The notes: a model not told the origin generated them from the letters alone. 63,298 nucleotides of DNA from Planctomycetota bacterium (GCA_039190745.1 JBCCXZ010000016.1:1-63298); one strand, 5' to 3'; counted from the first letter of the stretch, positions 49,698 through 60,094 are shown. Made by a program: numbers and translations.

Positions 49698-49760
49698 CTC
49701 GGAATCCAATTAGTCGTTGCAACCGAGCAACCCTTGGCTTTCTGATTACCCATAATGGGG

Positions 49761-50264
49761 CTATTCGTTTCGCACCAAGATCCCGCAGGTGTACGAATAG
49801 CCGTTAGTATCATCTGCAGCAATCCCCTCTTCTGTAACCACCCGCCACGCCCCCAAATCCACCTCCGGCAAAAACACATCCCCCGCCACCTCCGCATGCA
49901 CCCGCGTCAGGTACAGCTTGTCCGCCCGCGGCAGCGCCGCCGCGTAGAGCTGGGCCCCGCCAATCACAAAGACCTCCTCACCCCCCGGCGCTGCGACAGC
50001 CAGTTTAAGGGCACCGTCCAAGTCGGTCGCCGTGAGCACGCCCTCCACGCCCGGGTCGTAATGCGGCTGCCGCGAGACCACGATCGATGTCCGCCCGGGG
50101 AGCGCCCGGCCGATCGACTCCCACGTCTTCCGGCCCATCACCATCGGGTGGCCCATCGTGATCCGCTTGAATCGCTTCAGGTCGGCCGAGAGCCGCCACG
50201 GCAAGCCGCCCTCGCGGCCGATGACGCCGTTCTCCGCTGCCGCCACGATCACCGAGAGCGTCAT
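49761..50264 (-). CDS. folA: Dihydrofolate reductase
   Basis: NGVIG..G.LPW...[27 protein letters not shown]. Confidence 0.96.
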   Translation of the reverse strand: MTLSVIVAAAENGVIGREGGLPWRLSADLKRFKRITMGHPMVMGRKTWESIGRALPGRTSIVVSRQPHYDPGVEGVLTATDLDGALKLAVAAPGGEEVFVIGGAQLYAAALPRADKLYLTRVHAEVAGDVFLPEVDLGAWRVVTEEGIAADDTNGYSYTCGILVRNE

Positions 50265-51055
50265 ACCGCCACCGGGGCCTTGATGTGTGGGTGCGGGTCG
50301 TAGCCCGAGAGGGTGAAGTCCTCGTAACGGAACGAGAACAGATCGGTCACCGCCGGGTTCAGCTCCATCGTCGGCAGCGGCCTCGGGTCCCGCCCAAGCT
50401 GCGTCTCGGCCTGCTCCAGGTGGTTGTTGTAGAGGTGCGCGTCACCCAGCGTGTGGACGAACTCGCCCGGCGCCAACCCCGTCGCCTGCGCCACCATCTG
50501 TGTCAGCAGCGCGTACGACGCGATGTTGAACGGCACGCCCAGAAAGACATCGGCGCTCCGCTGGTACAGCTGGCAAGAGAGCCGCCCCTGGGCCACATAG
50601 AACTGGAACAGCGAGTGGCACGGCGGCAGCGCCATTTGGTCCAGCTCGCCGACATTCCACGCGCTGACGATCAGCCGCCGCGAGTCGGGGTTGGTGCGGA
50701 TCGCCTCCACGACCTCGGCCACCTGATCTACCGCGCCGCCGTCAGACGTCGACCAGCTCCGCCACTGCTTGCCGTACACCGGCCCCAGCTCGCCGGAGGG
50801 GTCGGCCCACTCGTCCCAAATGGTGACGCCGTTCTCGTTGAGGTACGCCGTGTTGGTCTCGCCCTTCAGGAACCACAGCAGCTCGTGGAGGATCGACCGC
50901 AGGTGCAGCTTCTTGGTCGTCACCAGCGGGAAGCCCTCCGACAGGTCGAACCGCATCTGGTAGCCGAACACGCTCCGCGTGCCCGTGCCGGTGCGGTCGG
51001 ACTTCTCCGTGCCGTTCTCCAGGACGTGCCGCAGGAGGTCAAGGTATTGCTTCAT
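50261..51055 (-). CDS. thyA: Thymidylate synthase
   Basis: [33 protein letters not shown]. Confidence 0.97.
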   Translation of the reverse strand: MKQYLDLLRHVLENGTEKSDRTGTGTRSVFGYQMRFDLSEGFPLVTTKKLHLRSILHELLWFLKGETNTAYLNENGVTIWDEWADPSGELGPVYGKQWRSWSTSDGGAVDQVAEVVEAIRTNPDSRRLIVSAWNVGELDQMALPPCHSLFQFYVAQGRLSCQLYQRSADVFLGVPFNIASYALLTQMVAQATGLAPGEFVHTLGDAHLYNNHLEQAETQLGRDPRPLPTMELNPAVTDLFSFRYEDFTLSGYDPHPHIKAPVAV

Positions 51056-51096
51056 CGGTGCAATCTTCGGTCTGTCTTCAGGCGACGCGGTTTTGG

Positions 51097-51306
51097 GAAA
51101 GGGGATAGGGAGATGTTGGGGATAAGGGAGATGCGAGATATCGAAGATCTACGACTGAAGATTGCAGATCGGTGAGAAGCAAGATGCGGGTGGCTGCACA
51201 AAAACGCTCTTACGCCGAGGACAGTACTTCCGGCAGAAGAGAATCGGGCTCGGAGAGCCCTCCTATCAATAATGCCTTCATCTCCGATATCTCCTTATCC
51301 CCTTTC
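51097..51306. repeat. Imperfect ~26-bp inverted repeats enclosing a REP copy
   Basis: GAAAGGGGATAGGGAGATGTTGGGGA vs reverse complement of TCTCCGATATCTCCTTATCCCCTTTC; REP at 51242-51265. Confidence 0.7.
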
Positions 51307-51338
51307 TCTGCAATCGACTAGGCCTTGAGTAAGCGGTA

Positions 51339-51605
51339 CTACTTCTCCATCAGCTCTTCGAGCACTTTCGCCAGCAACGTGACGTCGCTCTTTTCCATGA
51401 GGTGGTCGATCCGCGACTGCGGCAGCCCCAGCTTCTCCAGGGCCCCGGCGGCCTGCTTCCACTTCGTCGCCCGGGACTTCCCCTCGGCCAGGTACAGCTC
51501 GGTTACCAGCTCGCCCAGCCGCTGCAGCGCCATGGCGTCGCGGTTCTTGTAGTAGTTGTTGATCATTTTCCGCTGGTGGGCGGAGTATTCGCGGTTGGCG
51601 GCCAT
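51339..51605 (-). CDS. Small conserved hypothetical protein
   Basis: Coding bias, GGAG RBS; YY.NRD...LQRL.ELVTELYL. Confidence 0.75.
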   Translation of the reverse strand: MAANREYSAHQRKMINNYYKNRDAMALQRLGELVTELYLAEGKSRATKWKQAAGALEKLGLPQSRIDHLMEKSDVTLLAKVLEELMEK

Positions 51606-51800
51606 GCTTTTGCGGCGGTTCTCCTTGAATGGGTCGGTTGCAGGTCGGGCGGCCCGGGGGCCCACTTTTGCTCACGCGGGGCCGCGACTAAAGTATGGTA
51701 GCGGCTGGGGTTGCCGATCGGTAGCTCGCGGGCCCGATGCCCCGCAACAGACCGCACGCCGCCAACCCATAGCCCCTTCGATAGCCAGGTCCGCGTCGCC

Positions 51801-52190
51801 ATGCCCATCGTTAAGTTCGTGAACGAGAACAAAGAGATCGAGGTGCCCGAGGGGGCCAACCTCCGCAAAGAGGCGATCAACGCGGGCGTGAACCTCTACC
51901 AGGGGATCAACGGCTTCGGCGCGAGCATTAACAAGTTCGCCAATTGCCACGGCTTCGGCACCTGCGGCACCTGCCGCGTGACGATTGCCAAGGGCATGGA
52001 GAACGCCAGCCCCATGGGCATCCGCGAGAAGGGCCGGCTCGTCTGCCCAGTCCCCGAGCCGGTCGCCTGCCTCGCATACATCGGCAACGAAGACACCATG
52101 CGCCTCGCCTGCCAAGTGAAAGTCATGGGCGACATGGAAGTGGTCACCGGGCCCGAGATCGACCTCTTCGGCGAGAACTTCTTCAGCTAA
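51801..52190 (+). CDS. [2Fe-2S] ferredoxin-like protein
   Basis: CHGFGTCGTC and RLACQ. Confidence 0.9.
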   Translation: MPIVKFVNENKEIEVPEGANLRKEAINAGVNLYQGINGFGASINKFANCHGFGTCGTCRVTIAKGMENASPMGIREKGRLVCPVPEPVACLAYIGNEDTMRLACQVKVMGDMEVVTGPEIDLFGENFFS

Positions 52191-52225
52191 TCGCAGCGTC
52201 TTCAGTTAACCACTACGGCGACGCC

Positions 52226-52540
52226 GTGAAACAAGTCATCGCCATCGTCAAACCGTTCCTCGCCGAGAAGATCCTCGAAGGCCTTCGCCGCGCCCCGCTT
52301 GAGGCCGTGCAGGTTTGCGAAGTCAAAGGCATGGGCCGGCAGAAAAGCTACCTCGACCAGTACGCCGACAGCGAGTACGCCGAGGCCTTCCTCCCGAAGG
52401 TCGAGATCACTGCCTGGGTCGACGACCTCCGCGCCGAAGAAGTCGTCAACAAGATCGTGTCGCTCTCGCGCACCGGCCGGATGGGCGACGGCAAGATCCT
52501 CGTGCTCCCCGCCGCGGCCGCCGAAGGCGTGCCCGTTTAG
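52226..52540 (+). CDS. PII-family nitrogen regulatory protein (atypical)
   Basis: AIVKPF, EVKG.GRQK, EY...FLPKV, RTG..GDGKI; GTG start. Confidence 0.88.
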   Translation: MKQVIAIVKPFLAEKILEGLRRAPLEAVQVCEVKGMGRQKSYLDQYADSEYAEAFLPKVEITAWVDDLRAEEVVNKIVSLSRTGRMGDGKILVLPAAAAEGVPV

Positions 52541-52641
52541 AGCGCACACCACTGAAGCGTAGCGGCTTCTCCGTCGAATCAGTCGGCGAACACAGCGCCG
52601 CTGACGCAATACGTATGTGCGGCTCGCACTAGCTCCTCGGC

Positions 52642-55600
52642 CTAACGGCCCTCGGCCGCTTCGGCAAACACGCGGTCGAAGATGCCGCGCACTTCACAGA
52701 AGGCGTCCAGCACCTCGTTGCGCAGTTTCTCGCTGTCGGCCACGCCCAGTAGGAATGCCAGCTTGCCAAGCTCGGCGTCCTCGTGCGGCACCTCGTGCCG
52801 GCCGGCCGAGTCCATCAGCCGGATCCGCGCCTCGATGCTCCGCTGGAATCGGTAGGCCGACGCTAGCGCCTCTGTGTCTTCTGCAGAAAGGCAGCCCGCC
52901 AAACGGAGGGCCTTCAGCCCCGCGATCGTGCCGGTCTCCCGCACCTGCGGCTTCTCGCCGCCGTGCTTGAGCTGCAGCATCTGCACGATGAACTCGGTGT
53001 CCATCGTCCCGCCCGCGGCACGCTTGAGATTCCGCAGAGACGCCGATTCCTCCAGCTTCATCCGCATATCGCGGATCTCCGCCGCGTACTCGGGACGCCA
53101 CGCGGGGGCGAACGCCGCTTCGTTCACTGCGTCGGCAGCCGGGGCCCGCGCTTGGGCCCCGCCGGTGATCACTCGGGCCTTGCACAGCGCCAACCGCTCC
53201 CAGAGCTGGGCCCCCCCCTCCTGGAAGTACCGCACGAAGCCCTCGATCGGCAACGCCAACACGCCCGCCCGCCCGGTCGGACGCAGCCGCGTGTCAACCT
53301 CGAACAACCGCCCGTAGGGGCCAAACTCGTTCGCCACCTTCGTGATCCGCTGCCCCAGCTTGTTGAAGAAGTGGCTGTTGGTCGTCGACCCATTGCGGTG
53401 CCGCCGAGACGTAGCCGTGTGACCCTCGCCCTCGTAGAGGAACACCAGGTCGAGGTCGCTGTGGTAGTTCGGCTCGCGCCCGCCGAGCTTGCCCATCCCC
53501 AGGATGATCAAGTCGCACGGCTCGCCGACCCGCTCCGCCGCCGGCCGCCAGCGAGAGAATTCCGCGCTCGCCGTCGCGTCCGGCTCCTCGATCGTCGGCA
53601 CGCCGTACTTTTCTTCGAGCCGCTCCCGCTCCGCGGCCACGATCGGCTTCAGGCACGCCTCGGCGATGTCCGACAGCACCCGGTGCGTCGACTCCACCCG
53701 GTCCTTGCCCAGGATGTCGCGGACGCCCACCCGCAGGTGGTGCGCGTTCTTGAAGCTGTGGAGAATCGGCTGGAAGTCTTCGGCCCCGCGGATCAGCTCG
53801 GCGAGCGAACCCTCCAACATCGCCTGGTCGGGCAACCGCCCCACGAGCAGGCTGTCGGTCAGCTCGTCGACCATGCCCGGGTTGCCGGTGAGAACCCCCG
53901 ACAGGTAGGGGGCACGCCGCACACAGCGTCACGTACAGGTTGAGCGAGGGCGGGTTCGCGCTGAACAGCTCCCACAACGCCCCCTTCCCGCCGATCGAAT
54001 CGCTCACCCGGCTCAGCGTCACGAGCGTCGAGTCCGGGTCGGGCGTCTGCCCGATCGATGCCAACAGCCGGGGCGCAATGGCCGCTAGGAATAGCCGGCA
54101 ACGCCGCGTCGAGAGGAACGGGATCCGCTCGTTGCCCAGCGACATGAGGTTCGCATACGCCGCCTCCGGGTCGCGGAACGGGTACCGCGACATCACTTCC
54201 CGGATCGTCTCCTCGCTCGGGTCGGGGTCGTTCACGAGGTCGACCTCCGGCTCCATCCGTGCGTCTTCGCCGAACGCGTCGTGCAACAGGTGGTCGAGCA
54301 TCCGGCGGTTCTGCTCGGTCTTCTGGCCGTACTCGGCCTCGAATGCCTCCCGCAGTTGCTCTGTCTGCTGACCCTCGTAGCCCATCCGCCGCGCCAGCCG
54401 GGCGATCTCGTCCCCGCCCACCGGCAGCCGGTGAGTCTGCAGGTCGAACATAATCTGCAGCCGGTGCTCCACCCGGCGGAGGTAGCAGTAGTTCTCCTCC
54501 AACAGCGTCCGCTCCTGGTGCGTCAGGCAGCCGGCGCCCTCCAACGCACTGATCGCGTCCAGCGTGTTGCCCGTCCGCAGGCTCGGCGACGCCCCGCCGT
54601 TCAACAGCTGCAAGAACTGGATCACGAACTCGATGTCGCGGATCCCCCCCCGGCCCACCTTCACGTCCCGCTCGGCGTGCTCCAACCCCGCGGTGTCTTC
54701 GATCTTGCGCTTGAGCGACTTGATGCCCGTGATGTCGGCCAGCGACAGGTACCGCCGATAAACCCACGGCTCGAGCTGGTCGAGGAAGTGCTGCCCCAAC
54801 TCCGTGTCTCCCGCCACGACCCGCGCTTTGACGTAGGCCTGCCGCTCCCAGGTCCGCCCCCGCGTGTCGTAGTACGCCAGCGCGTGCTCCACGCTCACGC
54901 ACAGCGGGCCGTTCGCCCCTTCCGGCCGCAGCCGCAAGTCGACCCGATAAGCAAACCCCAGCTCGGTCGGCTCGCTCAACAGCCTCACGAGGTCGCGGCC
55001 GATCCGATTCACACGGTCGGTCGCCGCTTGGTGCGAACGCTCCGAACCGTTGGCGCCCACCGGCTCGTCGTACACAAACACCAGGTCGATGTCGCTTGAG
55101 TAGTTCAGCTCGAGCCCGCCGAGCTTGCCGAGCGCGAGTACCGTGAAGCCTTCCACCGGCTCCAGAGCCGCCGGTTCCCCGCCGGTGTTCCCGCCCAACC
55201 GCCGCGCCGCGAACCGCACCGCCGCCTCCACCACCGCGTCGGCCACGTACGAGATCTGCCGCGTCACCACCGCGACGGGCTGCTCTTGGACGATATCGCC
55301 GTACGCGATCCGCAGCGTCTCCCGCCGCTTGAACCGACGCAGTGCCGCGATCGCCTCGTCCTCCCGCTCGAGCGACTCCAGCTCCGTGCACAGTTCATCA
55401 ATGAGAAACTGCCGCGCGACCGGGCTCCCCTCGGTCATCCGCAGCAGGTCGTAGCTCTCCGGGTCGACGCAAAGCAGATCGCTCAGCGTCTGGCTGAAGT
55501 TCATCAGCTTCAAGAGCCGTGGAAGCGACTCCGGGTCGCGCTCGAACAACGCCGCCGTCCCCAGCGGGCTCCGCGCCGCGCGCAGGAACCGCTCCAGGTT

Positions 55601-55810
55601 GTTAAGCGCCATGTCGGGGTCGGCCAGCTCCGGCGCCACCTCGGCGAACTGCTCGCAGATCGACGCCAGCAAGTCGAGCGGCAACCCGGTGCCGGCCAGC
55701 CGGGTGAGGTTGGCGTGCGCCGTCCGCGGGTCCTCGATCCCCAGCGGCACGAGCCACGTGCCGGCCTCGGAGGCGGAATCCAACAGCGTGCGGAGTCGAT
55801 CGGTCTGCAT
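52642..55810 (-). pseudogene. glnE: Glutamine synthetase adenylyltransferase/deadenylase, split by a +1 frameshift (possibly an assembly error)
   Basis: Two GKLGG.E.NY.SD.DL nucleotidyltransferase motifs in different frames; junction at the G5 run 53908-53912. Confidence 0.88.
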
Positions 55811-56222
55811 CGGCGGCGGTCTGCGTCGGAGGCCCGGCGCATCGGCGCGCGTCCCCCCGCCAGTGCGGGAAGGCCGCGGCCCTGTTCGGGCTAAGGCTAA
55901 ATCATCCTGTCAACGCCGCCGAGAAAAGGGCCCGCCCGCGCCACGCCGGTCTGACGACCGCCGCGGTGCCTGAGAATCGCGTATGGGCCCGCTCGCGACC
56001 TTCGATTTTGGTGTAAGCGAGCGAAGGAATCAACGGACCATATTTCTCCTAAGTGGTTGCCTAGATTCAATTAATGCCGCTCTGCGATGGCAGTACACCG
56101 ACCCTTAACAGTAGCCGTAACTACTTGCCTAGATTGGCCTTGCGCCATAGGATGACAGTCTGTACAGTACGCCCGATCCCAGGGAGGGGCCAAAGCAGAA
56201 ACCAGGTAGCAGGTACACGTCG

Positions 56223-56783
56223 ATGATTGTTCCAAGCGCAGAAGAGAAGGAACGCGCGAAGCGAATCATCATTGAGATCATTCGCCAAGCGGGCGGGACC
56301 TTCCAGTACAAGACAAACCTCTACAAGGCCTTCTACCACGCCCACTTAGAGTATGCGAAGGAAAACCCGGGATATTTGTCTGCGTGGCCGATCGTAAGGA
56401 TGCCCCGCGGACCAGGCATCGACAACTTCGATGCACTGCTCGGCGAGCTGCTGATCACCGGCAAGGTTCACTTGGCAAGCCTGCCATGCGGCGAGGGACG
56501 CCAAGGCTGCATGTTTGAGCTGACGAGCTTGGCAAACTCCTCTGAGGCAATGAGCGACGAAGAAGTCTCAGCCATTCGCTACGGCGTTAGCCGAGTAGAT
56601 GGAAAGTCAGCCGCGCAAGCCAGCCACGAGAGTCACGAGGAGTCACGCTCTTGGCGAGAGACTCCCAATGGTCAGGAACTCGATATCTACTGCGACTTGC
56701 TCTCAGACGAAGAGCTGGCAGAGAGACGAGACCATATGAGGCGGCTTACCTCTGGGTTGCTGGACGGCCTTTCTAGTCGCTAA
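56223..56783 (+). CDS. Panacea/SocA (DUF4065)-like antitoxin-domain protein
   Basis: L.K..Y.AH....G.L...P...GP and SH....W pattern; low GC. Confidence 0.65.
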   Translation: MIVPSAEEKERAKRIIIEIIRQAGGTFQYKTNLYKAFYHAHLEYAKENPGYLSAWPIVRMPRGPGIDNFDALLGELLITGKVHLASLPCGEGRQGCMFELTSLANSSEAMSDEEVSAIRYGVSRVDGKSAAQASHESHEESRSWRETPNGQELDIYCDLLSDEELAERRDHMRRLTSGLLDGLSSR

Positions 56784-57154
56784 CTGTACCAGGAATCGAT
56801 CCACTGCCGGTAAGTGCCACGGTCCTTCGGTGATTGCTCGCAAACGATCTGTGCAAGGTCACGAGCTCGTTGGGGAGGCGTGCCTGTATCTTCTCGCGGC
56901 ACACCTAACCTCCTATCGAGGTACATGACAACCCCGTAGGCCAAATAGGGGTCGACATCCAGGCCATCGCTGCAAAGGGAGTCCAGCGCAAAACAGGCAA
57001 TCTCCTTAGGGCCTCCCTCAAGGGCGTCGATGTCTATGAGTGTGTCGTTTACCGGGTGCGACCTAAGGACCTCTACAAAGCTGACGCCGGATAAATCGAC
57101 GGCAGCGTGAAGGCACTTCTTCAGTTCAGCGGCTTCTCGGTTCATTTGGACCAA
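56780..57154 (-). CDS. Hypothetical protein
   Basis: 124-aa ORF in the low-GC islet, stop overlapping the Panacea-like stop. Confidence 0.5.
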   Translation of the reverse strand: MVQMNREAAELKKCLHAAVDLSGVSFVEVLRSHPVNDTLIDIDALEGGPKEIACFALDSLCSDGLDVDPYLAYGVVMYLDRRLGVPREDTGTPPQRARDLAQIVCEQSPKDRGTYRQWIDSWYS

Positions 57155-57268
57155 TCCTGGTCTGTCGGTTATCCGTCACTGCGAAGTACTTGGTTTCGCG
57201 CCGCTTCCAAGGATAGAATGCCTCAACCTTCTACGGACTAACTCAGAAACAATTCGCAGAAGCCTCCC

Positions 57269-57820
57269 CTACTTCGGTTTCGAGCCAACCGGTTCCTCTG
57301 AGACTGCTTCAGGTTCCTGCTCCCCTTGAAGCTCTTCGTGTAGAGGCTTCTCGGCCTCCGCTCTACTTCCGTTCTCACGTCGCCCTCTTGGTGCATCGGG
57401 ATACCATTCCCTAAGCCCGTAAGTGCCGTTTGGCAGTTTGTGAAAGCGCGTTGTGTTCTTTCCAAGAGACTGATAGAGGCCACGCTTAGCGTTCTCGTCG
57501 TTCTTGGCTACGAAATGAAACCCTCCAGACTTCATCTCTTCATAGATCTCGTTAACGGTCGCAGCCCCTAGGTTGGCGGCTTGCCGTTTCTCGAGAACCG
57601 TGCCGACGACGGTCGCCAGTGGCTTGCCGTAGTACTCATCGGGCCGAGTGGAAACCTGAGATGACTTCGACACTAGATCAGCGTCTGAGTAGATCGCGGG
57701 TCGGCTCGCGAGACCACAGAGGTCGTTGACAATCCGCTTCTTATAGGTGAGTTCAGACTCCAGCTCGGAGATCTGTTGCTGGATATCGTCAATCGTTCGT
57801 GCGATATGGTCCGAGGGCAT
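57269..57820 (-). CDS. Coiled-coil + HARE-HTH-like winged-helix protein
   Basis: GGAGGA RBS, N-terminal coiled coil, VL...A.TV.EIY..M..GG and F..L..G.YGLREWY wing. Confidence 0.65.
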   Translation of the reverse strand: MPSDHIARTIDDIQQQISELESELTYKKRIVNDLCGLASRPAIYSDADLVSKSSQVSTRPDEYYGKPLATVVGTVLEKRQAANLGAATVNEIYEEMKSGGFHFVAKNDENAKRGLYQSLGKNTTRFHKLPNGTYGLREWYPDAPRGRRENGSRAEAEKPLHEELQGEQEPEAVSEEPVGSKPK

Positions 57821-58210
57821 GGCGATCCTCCTGTCAGTGGCCAGTGTTGCTATCGCATTATTGCGACTTGCAATTGGAACCGGAAGACCCGAACGGAACA
57901 AAGCCCCCCCTCGCGCCAATTACTGAAGTAAGTGCGCTGACACACTGAACACAAATCCATACGATAAAATGGCTTGCGAGCCAGTCTAGTAGATCGCTTC
58001 GTTGGCGATTACTACCAGACTGTTCCGCGGAATTCCCAGGATCGCCATGAAAGTGAACACAGAGCCACCTATAGAAGAGGGTTGCACCGGCCTCCACACA
58101 TCCCATCAGAGCCAAGGATGGGGTTTTTCGACTGATTGAGTCGGCAATGGGATTCGGCAATGATCACCTGCGTCGTTCGATGCTCTAAAGCAACCTACAG
58201 GGAGTTCCTG

Positions 58211-58459
58211 ATGGCCCGCGGCCACTTTGATCCCAAAGACCTGGGCGTTGACCTGACGCGAGAAGAGTTCACCGACCAAGTGGTCGAGGACTTCGCAGAG
58301 GCTTATCGAGATAGCTTGTCTATCGACGAACTCTTGCTGCACCCTCGAGAGGCGATGCAGTTCTGCGATCAAGTACGTCGCAAGCACCACTACTTCGACG
58401 TGCCAGATGACATCATCTTGAGAGTGATTCTGAAGCGACGCAAGAACCCCGCAGGCTAA
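58211..58459 (+). CDS. Small helical hypothetical protein
   Basis: GGGAG RBS; SIDELLLHP..A..FC..VR...ILR..L.RRK. Confidence 0.65.
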   Translation: MARGHFDPKDLGVDLTREEFTDQVVEDFAEAYRDSLSIDELLLHPREAMQFCDQVRRKHHYFDVPDDIILRVILKRRKNPAG

Positions 58460-58542
58460 TCCGTAGCCTACTAGGCACGGGCTTCCGCAGGACCAGAAAC
58501 TGTATCTCTATTAAGTGACGAACAGCAGAGGCGAAAACTAGT

Positions 58543-59976
58543 CTAAGCCCCCAGCGCCACCACCGCCGGGCCGTGGTCCGAGGTCACCACCGTCCCAAAC
58601 AGCGTGTGGGCGTTCGCGTCGTACACCCCGATCGGCATCACCTCGCCGATCAGCCGGCGGTTGCCCTCGAACACCACGATCCGGTCGCACATCGTCCGGC
58701 CCGTCAGCTGCAGTACCGGGCCCTCTGCTTCGCCCGATTTGGCCGCGGCCTTCTCGGCCGCTTTGCTGGGGCCCTCCACCAGCACCTCGACCGTCCGGCC
58801 CAGGAAGGCGTGGTTGTCTTCCTCGCTGATCTCGTTCTGCAGCGCCAGCAGCTGGTTGTTCCGACGCTTTTTGTCCGCCTCCGGCACGTCGTCCGCGTAC
58901 CGATCGGCGCCCTTCGTGCCGGGCCGCTCGCTGTACTTGAAGATGAAGCTGTTCTTGAAACGCTGCTCGCGGACCAGCTCGAACGTCTGCTCGTAGTCCG
59001 CTTCGGTTTCGCCGCAGAAGCCGACTATGAAGTCGCTCGTGACCGCCGCCTCGGGCACCGTCGCCCGGATGCGATCCATCATCTCGCGGTAGTCCTCGAT
59101 GGTGTACCCGCGTTTCATCCGCTCGAGCACCGTGTTCGACCCGCTCTGCGCCGGCACGTGCAGGTACTTGGCCGCCTCCGGCAGGTCGCGGATCACCTCC
59201 AGCAGGTCGTCGGTCATGTCCTTCGGGTAGCTGGTGACGAACTTGATCCGCTCGATGCCGTCGATCGCCGCGATGTGCAGGATCAGGTCGCTCAGCCGCG
59301 TGACCCGGTCGCCCTCGGTGTAGCGGTAGCTGTTCACGGTCTGGCCGAGCAACGTCACCTCGCGGCAGCCCTCGTCGGCGAGCCGCTGGGCCTCGGTGTA
59401 GATGTGCGCCGGCGGCCGGCTCTGCTCCGGGCCCCGCACGCTCGGCACGATGCAGTACGTGCAGAACTTGTCGCACCCGATCTGGATGCGGATGTACGCC
59501 TGGTACGGCGTGGGCCGCATCTGGGGGTCGCGCAGCGGGTCGAAGCTCTCGTGGCTCCGCTCGATCTGCTGCCGGCTGCCGTCTTTTCGGCCGAGGCTCA
59601 CCTCGAGCGCTGGCTCGGCGCCCGCCGCCGCCTCGGCCACCAGCCGCGGCACCTGGTGCAGCTGCCCGGGGCCGACGATCAGGTCGACATACGGCGCCCG
59701 GCTGAAGATCAGCTGCTGGTCTTTCTGCGCCATGCAGCCGAGCACGCCGATCACTTTTTTCGGGTTCTCACGCTTCGCGTTCTTCAGCCGCCCCAACGCG
59801 CTGTAGATCTTGTCCTCGGCGTGCTGCCGGACGCTGCACGTGTTGAAGAGGATCGTGTCCGCCTCGTCGGTGCTGCCGGTCAGCTCGTAACCGTCCTTGC
59901 GCAGGCTGGCCACGACGAGCTCGCTATCGAGCACGTTCATCTGGCAGCCGACGGTTTCGATGTACAGCTTCTTCAC
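58543..59976 (-). CDS. miaB: tRNA i6A37 methylthiotransferase
   Basis: ETVGCQMN.LDSE, NTCSVR, GCMAQ, GCDKFCTYC, C-terminal TRAM domain. Confidence 0.96.
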   Translation of the reverse strand: MKKLYIETVGCQMNVLDSELVVASLRKDGYELTGSTDEADTILFNTCSVRQHAEDKIYSALGRLKNAKRENPKKVIGVLGCMAQKDQQLIFSRAPYVDLIVGPGQLHQVPRLVAEAAAGAEPALEVSLGRKDGSRQQIERSHESFDPLRDPQMRPTPYQAYIRIQIGCDKFCTYCIVPSVRGPEQSRPPAHIYTEAQRLADEGCREVTLLGQTVNSYRYTEGDRVTRLSDLILHIAAIDGIERIKFVTSYPKDMTDDLLEVIRDLPEAAKYLHVPAQSGSNTVLERMKRGYTIEDYREMMDRIRATVPEAAVTSDFIVGFCGETEADYEQTFELVREQRFKNSFIFKYSERPGTKGADRYADDVPEADKKRRNNQLLALQNEISEEDNHAFLGRTVEVLVEGPSKAAEKAAAKSGEAEGPVLQLTGRTMCDRIVVFEGNRRLIGEVMPIGVYDANAHTLFGTVVTSDHGPAVVALGA

Positions 59977-60061
59977 CGCGCTCTTCGAAGTTTCAGGGTG
60001 CCATGCCCACGCTCGCGTGAGCATGTCTCAGCACCATCGGTTGCTTAAGACCTGATTCAAG

Positions 60062-60085
60062 CATGGCCACGCAAGCGTGGCCATG
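60062..60085. repeat. REP-like palindrome CATGGCCACGC-AA-GCGTGGCCATG
   Basis: Perfect intergenic inverted repeat. Confidence 0.7.
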
Positions 60086-60094
60086 GCGCCGAAG

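Noticed and set aside
53294..53900. Arg/Gly/Pro-rich C-terminal tail of the 838-aa ORF as a real domain
   Set aside because: Out-of-frame read-through after the glnE frameshift.
55975..58530. Prophage or tRNA-integrated island
   Set aside because: No integrase, tRNA, structural genes or flanking direct repeats visible.
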